Part shown: piece by piece, positions 11,333 to 22,039 of the stretch
Layout of the letters: each line of letters opens with the position of its first letter
Position numbering within the stretch: the stretch's first letter is position 1
Position numbers and translations under genes: made by a program
Notes under the pieces: generated by a model
The model's database searches: none
What the model was told of the DNA's origin: nothing
Seen by the model: the letters and a program-made list of their open reading frames with translations, nothing else
Assembly: GCA_030704615.1 (NCBI GenBank)
Contig: CM060733.1
Span: 44,640,492-44,704,000 of the forward strand
Reading direction: 5' to 3'
DNA length: 63,509 nucleotides
Source of the DNA: Takakia lepidozioides
Taxonomy: Eukaryota; Plantae; Bryophyta

Positions 11333-11884
11333 CTATGGTCCCCTCGCCCAAGAAGAAGGAACTCTAACTGGCCTCTCAAGGACCTCCTGAGTGACCGGGT
11401 GCCTATATTTGAACAAAATGTCAGTGGTTTCTGTCGCCCGGTTGAAACTAACGAGGATGTCGTGTTTATCGATAGCGCCCCCTTGGTAGAAGGACATTTT
11501 CACAGTGGGCCCTGTGTTCCCCTCCTCCTCATCCTCATAACTAAAGAGAATGTCCCCACTTTCCGAGCCAGTCCGTCCACGCGTAAAGTTTTCACCTATG
11601 CACTCATCATACGTCCACTCGCAACAATTCCAGCGATACAACAACGCTGTGCGTGATCTGTTCGGCTCCCACTCATGCGGAAAGTCCAGGTCCATGATGT
11701 GTAGGAACCACCTGCTCCCCAGCCGGGGTCCAGGAGAATCGTGCAATCCCGGAAGAAACTCCATTGCTCTCAGCTGGACAAGTCGAGGATCGTCCCTGTA
11801 AACATCCAGAAAAACAATGATGTCGTCTGCTTTCGGGAAAATGACTCCCGTCTGGCGTCGATAGATGTGATTCGGGCACGACAT
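11333..11884 (-). CDS. Uncharacterised ~183-aa cargo protein, paralogue P3 (intact)
   Basis: MSCPNH...ADDIIVF...RSRTALLYRWNCCEW...GDI...YQGGAIDKHDILV...EVLERPVRVPSSW. Confidence 0.85.
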   Translation of the reverse strand: MSCPNHIYRRQTGVIFPKADDIIVFLDVYRDDPRLVQLRAMEFLPGLHDSPGPRLGSRWFLHIMDLDFPHEWEPNRSRTALLYRWNCCEWTYDECIGENFTRGRTGSESGDILFSYEDEEEGNTGPTVKMSFYQGGAIDKHDILVSFNRATETTDILFKYRHPVTQEVLERPVRVPSSWARGP

Positions 11885-12002
11885 GGCCTCACGACATAGC
11901 ACGAGCTCAAAGCAGGGAGGAGATGGCACAACAGAGAAGAGTGAAGAGCAAAATGAGAGCAAGGCCTCCCTTATCGTAAGGCGGGTATTTGCTCTCCGGA
12001 GC

Positions 12003-12472
12003 CCAATTTTGGCGCCATTATTGGATGGAGTGCGGAAGCTTCAGCCGAGAATTTTGTTTCCGCAGGTCAATTTCGGCGCCGTTATTGGTTGCAATCCCTA
12101 GCCTTTAGCCGGGTATTTGGTTTCCGGACCCAATTTCGGCGCCGTTATCAGCTGCACTCCGGTGGCTTCAACCGAGTATTTGGTTTTCGGGGCCCATTTC
12201 GGCGCCGTTATCGCCTGCACTCCGGAGGATGCAGCCGGGTATTTGGTTGGTGGAGCCCAATTACTTTCACCGTTGTTGGCTTCACTCCCAAGCCTTCAGC
12301 CGGCTATTTCTTTTCCTGTGCCCAATTACGGCGCCGTTATACCCAACCATCATGCACTTCTGCAACAGTACTATCCACGGTTATAGGTCGCCATTGCGTT
12401 TTCGGAGTCTGCAAACCCGGATCCTAATTCCACTTGCGTCTCTGCCTCTGGGATAATTTCGGTGCCGTTATT
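12003..12472. repeat. Subterminal array of type-D pseudo-palindromes CAATTTCG-GCGC-CGTTATY
   Basis: Copies near 12003, 12068, 12131, 12195, 12323, 12454. Middle copies sit in a ~63-bp tandem unit. Confidence 0.85.
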
Positions 12473-12509
12473 GCCCAGAATTCAGTTTTTCTATGACTTG
12501 GCCTAGCGG

Positions 12510-12732
12510 TCCATGAGCCTGGGCTCCAAATCATGAGCGTACACTGGTACTCATGAGCGGAGTGCTTCCAGCATGTGCGCGGAAATCTTCGATTTTTGAT
12601 TATTTTATAGTTTTGGGCCCGAAAAAAATCTGCCGAAATTCGAAGTGTGTTACTTTGCGGCTCATGGGTAAGCCATGCCCGCCCATGAGCTCATGAGCTC
12701 ACCGCTCATGAGCTCATGGAATAGCAACCCCC
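12510..12732. mobile_element. Putative right terminal inverted repeat of a second MULE copy (reverse complement starts GGGGGTTGCTATTCCATGAGC)
   Basis: TCATGAGC repeats ending GAATAGCAACCCCC, matching the 10368 terminus. Confidence 0.6.
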
Positions 12733-13969
12733 TTGTGTCATGAGTGTGTTCTTTAGCTTTCTTATCACTCGAGAGAGATGAGGCTTGCATTTGTGAGTGC
12801 CAGAGGTGAGTTTAGTTTTAGCACTTGTGGTTTTTGTTTTAAAAGTGAGAGAAGCAATTTGTTGAAAGAAGGTGAGCAATGCTTGGAAGGGTGTGCAAGT
12901 GCAGGTGGGGTGAGATGATGCCATTTGTTTGCTTTTTGATGATTTGAGCCTATGAGGAGAGGCGGAGCTGCCGCTCTACTTGTGATCACCACTTAGCAAC
13001 TTATGAACTCACGGGGGAAAACAGCTTCCTGGGGTGCGGCTATAGACATTGTGCCGTCATTGGCATTCATGATTACGATTGTACAAGGCAGGGCCTGCGG
13101 GAGAAGTAGTTTGCTGCCAGATGATGGGCAGGAATTACGTTGATGACTTCGCAGTGTGATATCCTACGCAACTAACGGACTGAGGGCTGAGCAAAGCAAT
13201 CTGTTTATGACGATCAGAGATAACGACGGAGCATGCTGCCATCCCTCTGCCGTTCGGAGAGAAGGAAGAGGCAGCCTCTTTCACAAGATTCTTGGAGTTT
13301 GTGGGGCTCCCTTCTCAAGTAATCAAAACCAGCAATGTGTTTCCTGCTAAAGTCTTTGATTGCAGTTCAGACTGGTAATTAATCAAGATAGAGCGAATGC
13401 GCGGCAGCTTCAATCAGTCACGGCGTTTCTTGCCTGAGGTTTATTTGCCACCAAGGCGGTCGGTGTGGATATGTAGGTGTCGGTTTGGCTGTGATCGGTC
13501 TGGATCCGGCTTTTCCTCTTCACGGGGTGTGCGATTTGACAGAAAGCGATTTGCAGCAGATGTTTATCGTTTCAGAGAACGGAGGAACATATTATACAAG
13601 TCCGCTGCAATGAAGGAGTGTCTGAAACCTGCGAAAGATCAATGCAATTAATCTGACCGTCTCGGAGGTTATTGGTGTCAACCACAGGATGGCGAACTAA
13701 AGGCACTTCAAGGACGAGAATGGTGCTGAAAATGCCATTCAACCTTTTCAAGGCTCCTGGAGTTCGAGAGAGGATGTGGAGTCACATGTTAGTAGACACC
13801 TTCCTGTGAATCAGAAATTGATGCAGTGTAACAAAGCCCGCATCCACTCAACCATGACCCGCGGCCCTCTTTCGTGCCATATTGCCAGAGTCTGGTGAAG
13901 ATCCAGCACAGACCACAATGCATGATCTGACCGTACCTTCATTACGGAAGCATTACTGACAGGGAGACG

Positions 13970-14029
13970 ATGATGTTTGTTGGAACGAGGAAGGGAAACT
14001 TCTTGCACTGCGCCAGATCTTTCAACCAG
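13970..14029 (+). pseudogene. Short fragment resembling DEAD-box helicase RH57/ROK1
   Basis: MFVG(frameshift)EEGKLLALRQIF resembles, from memory, LVFAGSEEGKLLALRQSF of plant RH57. Followed by a possible GT donor. Confidence 0.35.
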
Positions 14030-17000
14030 GTCTATGTGCTAAGCTCTTGTATCCCATGGTTGGGTGATATGCACAATCAGAGCCATTGCAAGTGAGTCCG
14101 GAAGATAGGGCTCCCAATGCTCCAGATGCAGACCTCTTTCCTTGCAGTGCAGACCAGGTTGCTGCAACTCCGCTGTAGCGTGAAGGATGGTAGAGAGGTT
14201 GCCATCTACAAATCGTTGCGTGCGAATGCTGATGTGAGGATGAGAGGCGACTGAGAAGATAAGTAGGAAATCGCAGCTTCACTGCTTCCCTGGAGGTGCT
14301 TGCTCTAGCCGAGTGTTGTGGTGTACTAGACTTCCAGGCATTCACTGGACATCCTGTGTGAGTGGAACCAGCTTGAACCTCGTGAGCCTGAAGGGGAGCG
14401 AGGTGATTTCTGTTTTTGAGTGTTGTGTACGACAAGAGTAGGTAGCCGTGAGGACTGAGCAGAACCAGGAGCTGTAGGAGCTGACGGGCATCTCTGCTGC
14501 ATGGCTTGGAGATTGACGAGCATGCAAGCTCCTCATGTGCAACCCTTTGATCAGGTCTTTTGATCGGCCGAATCGGCCAACACCCCGCACCACCTCCTTG
14601 TTCCTGCTTGCTCGCGCAGGCTTGGCCATCACTGCCATCATCTGCGTCCGTCTTGCCTCTCTCCCCTGAGCATACTGAGTGCGTGATTAATGTGAGGCCA
14701 TTTCTTTTAGGACGCAATTGGCCTTGCGGTTTATGAGTCCAAGGATTCTTAGGGACCTGCAATGAAAAAAAAAACGTGGGAACAGTTTTTAATGGCGAGA
14801 ACATTTTGGGTGTGAAAAATTAAAAGAAATTCGTTCTTTGATCTAATTTAAATTAGATAGAGCCTGTTTGGACATAACTTTGGCCTACCAAGGCCGTTTG
14901 ACCCAAAACTTGCGCAAGGACCTACAGAAAGGGGAAATCTACCTATCCAGACATGGTTTTTGTTTTTGGGACTTTGCTAAAAATCTATGGAATTTTTAGA
15001 GTGTGAGTGTGCCGTGAAAGATCCACAATTCTGTTTCTAGAACCTGTTCTGGTCTATATGAGAGACAAATCTGTGGATGTCCTCCTTGTATGGCTGGGGA
15101 AATGAGGACGTAATTGAAGGGCATGTCTCTTCTCTTAGCCTGTGCACACAAGGGGACAGGATTTATGTTTCCCAAGGAACTCAGACTGATTTGAGTGGAG
15201 AACAGTTGGACGAGTTGATTGCATATTGGGAGTCAGGCATTAGCAGTAGACAACAAACTGCTGTAGTTGGCGTTGAGGGCCTCAGTATTGTTTTGGACAG
15301 TCAGAACTCTGTTGGAGCAAGCAGTTCTGCAGCTGTAGGAAGCTAGGCTTGGAACACAGCCAAAGACAGCCCCGGGGACCAAGGTGTTCAGCCACAAGGC
15401 CGTGGTGTACTGGAGCAGAGGAGCAGGAGCTACACAAGTTTGTGCAATCAGACATGGTTGCAGCCGGACACGCTCTGCACAAGGCAACCACGAGCGGGGG
15501 TTCATTAGTAATGACAAGTTTGTTTTGCTTGAAGGAGATGCAGTCATTCGCAATGAGGACACCCGCAACCATCTCAAAGCTTTCGAGTTGAGAGACTATC
15601 ACACCCTACCTTTATTTTCTTTAGTGTTCAGTGAGCGGGAGATAGGGGAGTACTGCTTTGTCTCTACCTAGCAGAAAGAGGAGGAGGGTTGGTTAGAGCA
15701 AGCTACTGTAGCTTGGGACAAGGATAGTGGCAGGTTTCTGGACATAGATATACCGCCTACACCTTACCATCATGCAAAGCGAGGCACTTTGAGAGAAGTC
15801 TGGCAGTTGATAGCATAGATCAGGATTAGATCTTGCTTGGTCGGGCTTCTATTCTTCCCCTCCATCTCTTTACTATTTTCATTACTTTGTACTTGTAGTT
15901 GCCAAAGCCTCTCTTGGTGGAGGCCAGTCAGTCCGGGGTTTTGGGCTGGGATATTCTGCAAGTCAGCACTGCAGATGGATTTTGGTGTGGGGGTGTTGAT
16001 GTTTTGATTTCTTGTGTTTGGATCCCCCCCAACACCTGCATGCTTGACTGTGCGCCATGTTGGTTTTGTGTGGGCGCTTGCTTTCATAGGGATTAGGCCG
16101 GATTTGATCACCGGTCAATCCTAGAGTATGTTGTCGGTGGTGAGGCTGGAGTGATGACCAGCAAGACCACCAGTGTTTCTTCTATGGTGAGACTGGGTTG
16201 ATGACCAGCCAACCATAGGAGTTCTTGCGGTGGATGCAGGTGCAGGTGCCCTGAGCCACTGGGATACGACCCTTAAACTGCAACAGGTGCCTACCCGTGT
16301 CACTATTAGAATTAGTAATAGAGCCTTATAGTGTCACGTGGGGGAGGTGCACATTGTGAGTGTCATCACGGAGTTACCCAGGGGTTCTGAGGGGAGTACG
16401 GCTACAGGCAGTAGCAGTGAGAGTGGGTTCACCAGGTGTTCGTTTCAGACCACCTTCACCTCCACCCTCAACTAGTGCAGAGTCAGACACAGACTCGGAG
16501 GCTTCATCAACAAGTGTGCAGTTTCATTCGCCATTGTTGTGGAACGACATGGAGGAGATGTATGGAGCTACCAAAGGGCCTCGTAGGTACTCTGGAGCTG
16601 TGGGCACAATCGAGTTGGATGACTTTATCCAGGAGTTCGACAGCTGGTATGATTTGCAGCAGATGCGCAATCCACAGCTATTCACCCCATTCATGGCGTG
16701 GAAGGGACTGTTCCAGCATTTGGAAGGCCCGCCTATGGATGATTACCACGAGTTCAGGCGAGGACATGAAGCAAAGATTGAGGAGTGGAGGATGTATTGA
16801 TCACCTGACTACGTCTCCATTACTCGAGGCACGACGCGACCAGTAGCTGCATCAGTACCAATATCTCCCACTGCCAGCACTAGTAGTGGAACAAGTAGTG
16901 CCGGTACTTCTGCAGGTGGTACCAGTTCAAAAGGTGCTACTACTCCTCCTGCCACGACTACAACACATGTGCCTAGATTCAACCCGGTGGTGGAGTTTCT

Positions 17001-19282
17001 TCCAGGAGTTGCGGAGGAACTACCAAGGTGTACGGACAGAGAAGCTGCGAAGTTTGCAAGACTTCCAGCGCAAACCCTATGAGAGCTTGCGAGAGGCCTA
17101 CACTCGTATGAGGCGCTTGATAAGTGTGACCCAAGGGGATACTGAAGCTCAGGCAATCCAGTTTTGGTATGGAATTTTGGACAAGGAGCTCAGGAGAAGG
17201 GTGCGGGATGCAACCCTGTTACAAGCAGCCCAACCCACATTAGCAGATGTGTTTCTGCTGGCTGAGCGGATTGAGCTCAACATGGTGGAGGAGCGAGTTG
17301 TTACCATTGGGTTTGGCAAGGACATGCCTGCACGAGGCGCAGCTGCCAGCCCACAGGCACAAGGGACTGCCCAACAGCGTGGTCAGGGGGGCAAGGTTTC
17401 CTAACCCAAGTTCCATGGAGCTTACAGGGGACCTCAGGTGCAGAGGCCCGTGGCATCTTTTGCAGGCCAACAGCAACCAGGGGTGATATATTGGACATGT
17501 GGAGGACCCCATGTCAAGAGAGATTGCCCAGAGAGTGGCAAAAGGCCGGCACAAACACAGCCTACACAGTTGCATTGTGGGCATTGTGGCAAGTATGGGC
17601 ATGGAGATGCCCAGTGTTATGAATTGCATCCTGAGTTGCGCCCAAGCCAGTTCCAAGGGAACAATGGTGGCCGGGGGCGAGGTGGACCAGCCCAGAGAGG
17701 ACAAGGTGGTCGGGCACGAGGTGCAGGCCAAGGGCAAGCTCAACATGGCCAAGGACACGGAGGTCAGGGTGTTGACCAAGGCATGGCCAACTGGCTTCAG
17801 CAGCTAGAGCAGAGGCTTGCTGCCATGGCTACAGCTCAGGTGGTACCGGCTCCTAGGCGGGATGGTCCACCTCCTGCTCCTGAGGGAGGAGATATGGGAG
17901 GCATGGGATTCATGTGCGGAGCAGCACTACCACTAGAGCAGGTGGAGTCTGCTGCAGCCGTGACTCGAGGAGCAGCACGAATTCCTGAGCCACGAGGTGT
18001 AGAGGTGGAGTTGGATCCACAACATGGGGAGGCAAGCCGTCAGGCGAGGCTGCCTCAGTCATTCACCTTGGCGGAGACAGTGTCAACGCCATCCATGGCA
18101 CCTAGTTCTCGCCCGACTGTTACCGAGGCGGAGGTTTCTATGCCATTGGGGAGAGCTACACGTACAGCACTGACACTTGTTGCCAAGGCTAGTGCAGCCG
18201 GTGTGTTGTTGGGGGCAGCCACCTCTGTGTGTCAAGCCCCACTGTTCTCGGCAACAATGATTGCGACGCCGAGGGTAAGACCAGCTGCAGTGTTCAGACT
18301 AGCAGCAACACTTTGTGAGAGTGGGGAGGTCACTTCATCTTCAGCGGAGTTACTGGAAGGTGTAGTGGCAGAGGGATCCTCGGATTTGAGGGTCAAGACT
18401 GCCACGGTTGCGCCATGGCAAGCTGCAGCTGCCAGGTTGACGGAGCTGCCAGCTAGGCCAGCCTTTGAGCGCGCCATGGTGACACCTGGAGTTGTCTTGT
18501 TAGACAACCAAGATGGCATTTTCTCTTTGAGTGGACCGGTAGGCAAGAAGTACCAGCCACTGCGGGTCTTATTGGACTCGGGAGCTCAGCCACTGATGTT
18601 GGGCAGAGCTGCTATTGCAGGTTTGGGCCTCATGGAGGCGGATATGGAGCCTTGTCCTTTCCAGATACAGACATCTCTGGGAGGATCAGAGCAGGCTCGG
18701 GGCATGACACAGCATCAGTTGGCCATTAGATTGCAGCCGGATCATCCTATCGATGGCTCAGTAATGCAAGCCAAGGCCATTGTGACAGGAGCAGTCTCTT
18801 ACGATGTCCTCGTTGGTGGGGCAGTGTTATACCCCATGGGCTTCACCCTGGACTTTTGGGAGGAGTCAACATTCTATAGGCCTGGATGGCAGTCAGGGGA
18901 TGGTCGTCGTGCACTGCTCCCTGTGACATTCATTGGGAGTATTGCGGCTGCCCAACGGGGCAAGATGCCAACACTAGCCACCTTTATAGCTGCAGTTAGT
19001 TGGCCTGGAGAGTTGCTGGAAGGCAATGCCCATGCAGAGGATGTGCCACCTCCAGCAGAGCAGGATGACATGCATGGTATGGCGGAGTTGTCTGCCATGG
19101 TTGCTCACACTCCATTGTGGGGTACGAGCAAAGATTTGCAGCAGGTTGCTGATCGATGGGTGCAACAAGCCTGGGTAGAGGCTTTTGTACCGTCAGGAGA
19201 GGAGGAGAGTGCGGGTATTGCACCAGGACCACCTCAGTTGTCACCATTGGATACCACACCTATTGTGTGGCAGTATCCGGAT

Positions 19283-20230
19283 GAAGGCATTTGCCTTCTG
19301 GACTTGTTTGGCGGGATCAGCACCGGATTGGCTTATGTGCTACAGGCAGGTGTGCGGGTAAGGCGTTACCTGTATGTGGAGAGGGATGAGACTGCACAAC
19401 GTGTCTCACTGTGCCATGTTGCTCAGTTGGTACAGCAGTACCCTGTTTTGTTGCCAGTGTCTGCAGTTCGTGGATACCTAACAAGCCTTGCCAGCAGACA
19501 TTTCGTTGCTGGGGGCGCCGGATTTGGAGCAGGTTGGCTCCATTGATCTAGTAGTGGCAGGTTGGCCCTGCCAAGGGCATTCATCAGCCGGGCATGGCAA
19601 TGGATTGCGAGACTCGAGGACGGGTCTGTTTTGGGAGATGGTGCGGATTTTGCGCCACTTGCAGCTTCATCAAGCTGTATCGCCAGTATACATCTTGGAG
19701 AATATGCCACTGATGGGCGATTCTCAGGCCAAGGTGATGGCCGGTGTGCATCAAGTCCGGTCGTGGCTTGGGTCAGCAGTGCTACTGGATGCAGCTGCAG
19801 TGGGATCACGGGCTCATCGTCCACGGCTATGGTGGACTAACTTGATGCCACCCGCACTGCTCAAGCGTGCATTTGATGGGGTGCAGCGGCCAACACACCT
19901 CATAGTGGACAGCATTTTGGACACAGGGAGGCAGTCGTGTAAGACACGATGACTGTTCGCCTTTGGCAGTGGTCAACAGGGTGGGTCAACCACGAGCAGC
20001 ATTACCTACACTGCTCAGCTTCCCAGGATCCCATGCTTTTCGGGATGGTGGACCTGGCCTCCTGTGGGATGCTCAGTTGCAACAGTTAGTGGAGCCTAAT
20101 GCTGACGAGCGAGAGTGGGCTATGGGGTTTTCCACTGGGACCACGACGGTGCCTTCTCTTTCTGAGGCATCACGTCGTCAGGTGTTGGGGCAAGCAATGG
20201 ATCTCAATTGCTTGACCTGGATTATCAGCT
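19283..20230 (+). pseudogene. C5-cytosine DNA methyltransferase domain embedded in pol (two frameshifts)
   Basis: Motif I LDLFGGI, II YVERD, IV DLVVAGWPCQG (catalytic PC), VI ILENM, VIII AHRPRLWWTN, IX EREWAMGF, X RRQVLGQAM, all in canonical order. Confidence 0.92.
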
Positions 20231-20646
20231 TGGCTATGGCTGAGCAACGTAGAGTGCGGAGTGCACTTCCCTTGACGGTCTCTCTGCCTACCGAGACGGT
20301 ACAGGCAGCGAGTGGGGGCGAGCCGGTGAGGACCACGGGGTGTAGACATCCATGGCACACGTGGGAGGTGCTCGAGGTCCAGAGGGAGTTGGCAGCCAAG
20401 GCAGCTGTGATGGATGAGGTTGGGGATTCTTCTCGGGTTGAGGAGGTTCTCAATGATGAGATGATGGGGCAGGATGAGGCCTTGTCATTGACTGAGCAGG
20501 AAGGGAGTACTGCTCAAGAGGTTGTAGCATAGCAACCACGGGACGCGTCCTCTACCTCTAAGCCCACTGGACTTAAGGTTGCAGTTACGGAGGACAATTG
20601 GGAGCCTGACATTGGACCCATTGTCACCGGAGGAGAGAGATGACGT

Positions 20647-22030
20647 ATGTGGCGGTTCCTGAGGGCTTACAGGAATTGCTTTGCCTTCAGTTTGAAGGAC
20701 TTGGGAGCACTGAAGGGTCAAGAGATTCGCATTGAATTAGCTACTGACACGCCAATCTTTCGGAGACCCTATAGATACAGTGACATGGAGAGGTCCTTGA
20801 TTCAGATGAGAACTCAGGATCTTTGGGAGGCAGGTTTGGTGGAGCTCTCTGGTGGAGAGTATGCTTCAGCCACAGTGATGCCAGCCAAGAATGATGTCTA
20901 TGGCAATTGGACGGAGAGACGTATGTGCGGTGATTACCGGCCTGTAAATCGTCAGACCAAGTCCGATAGGTATGCCATGCCGACACCAGAGGAGATCTTT
21001 GATGCCATTGGGCATTCCAAGGTCTTTAGCACGTTGGATTTACGATCCGGATATCACCAGTTGCCGATCAAGGAGGCGGATAAGCAAAAGACGACATTCT
21101 GGGGGATCAATGAGCACGGGAAGGATTGCCTATACCAGTGGCGGTTCTTACCATTTGGGCTTAAAAATGCTCCTGCTGAGTTTCAAAGGGTCATGGACAG
21201 GATTCTAGTAGGGGTGGAGTTTGCTCGGTGCTACATAGATGACATCATCATCTTTAGTGCTACGGTGGAGGAGCATGAGAGACACCTTCAGGGGGTATTT
21301 GAGCGCTTGAGGACGCACGGATTGAAGTTACATCCGGGAAAGTGCAAATTTTTCCACAACCAAATTGAGTATCTGGGTCACATGATATATCCTGGAGGAT
21401 TGGGGGTATAGCAGACTAGGGTAGAGTCCATTGCACAGGTTCCACGCCCCACGGATGTGAGCCAAGTTCGAGCTTTCATGGGGTTAGCAAACTATTACAG
21501 ACAGTTTGTTAAGGGATTTAGTGCCATTGCAAAGGCTCTAACCAAGCTGACCAAGGTGGACCAGGAGTGGCAGTGGGAAGATGAGCAAGAACAAGCTTTT
21601 CAAGAGCTCAAGGCGAGGTTGACCTCGGCGCCCATCTTGAGACGACCTATTAGGGGGCGTCCTTTTCAGCTGCATACAGAGTGGAGCATGCTGGGGCTTG
21701 GAGCGGTGCTCACACAGGTGGATGATGAGGGAAGAGAGTTCGTAGTGGCTTACGCTAGCCGCTCGAACAATGCTGCTGAGTCTAAGTATAGCTCATATGA
21801 GGGAGAATGCTTAGCTGCAATGTGGGCCGTGGCACACTTCAGGTGTTAACTATACGGCAATCTCTTCACCCTTGTCACGGATCACCAACCACTCAAGTGG
21901 TTGATGGAGTCAGACAAGCTTACGGGGAAGCTTGCACAGTGGGCACTCATCCTTCAAGAGTATGACTTTCAGGTGGTGCATCGACCGGGTTTGGTCAATC
22001 GCAATGCAGATGGGTTGAGTCGCAATCCAT
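20647..22030 (+). pseudogene. Reverse transcriptase and RNase H of the DNMT-bearing element
   Basis: ORFs 20647-21411, 21457-21849 and 21901 onwards, separated by in-frame stops. LPFGLKNAP and YIDD motifs. Confidence 0.95.
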
Positions 22031-22039
22031 GCACGAACG

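Larger units (their letters stand above)
16360..22037 (+). mobile_element. Degenerate Ty3/Gypsy LTR retrotransposon gag-AP-DNMT-RT-RNaseH, truncated before integrase; LTRs not identified
   Basis: Gag (FQRKPYESLREAY), Zn knuckle CGHCGKYGHGDAQC, protease LLDSGA (~18570), RT ([20 protein letters not shown]), RNase H (YASRS, TDHQPL, NADGLSR). Many stops and frameshifts. Confidence 0.92.

Noticed and set aside
14775-14805. Possible LTR end and PBS (GGGAACA-GTTTTTAA-TGGCGAG) of the DNMT element
   Set aside because: No second LTR to compare and no recognisable tRNA complement.
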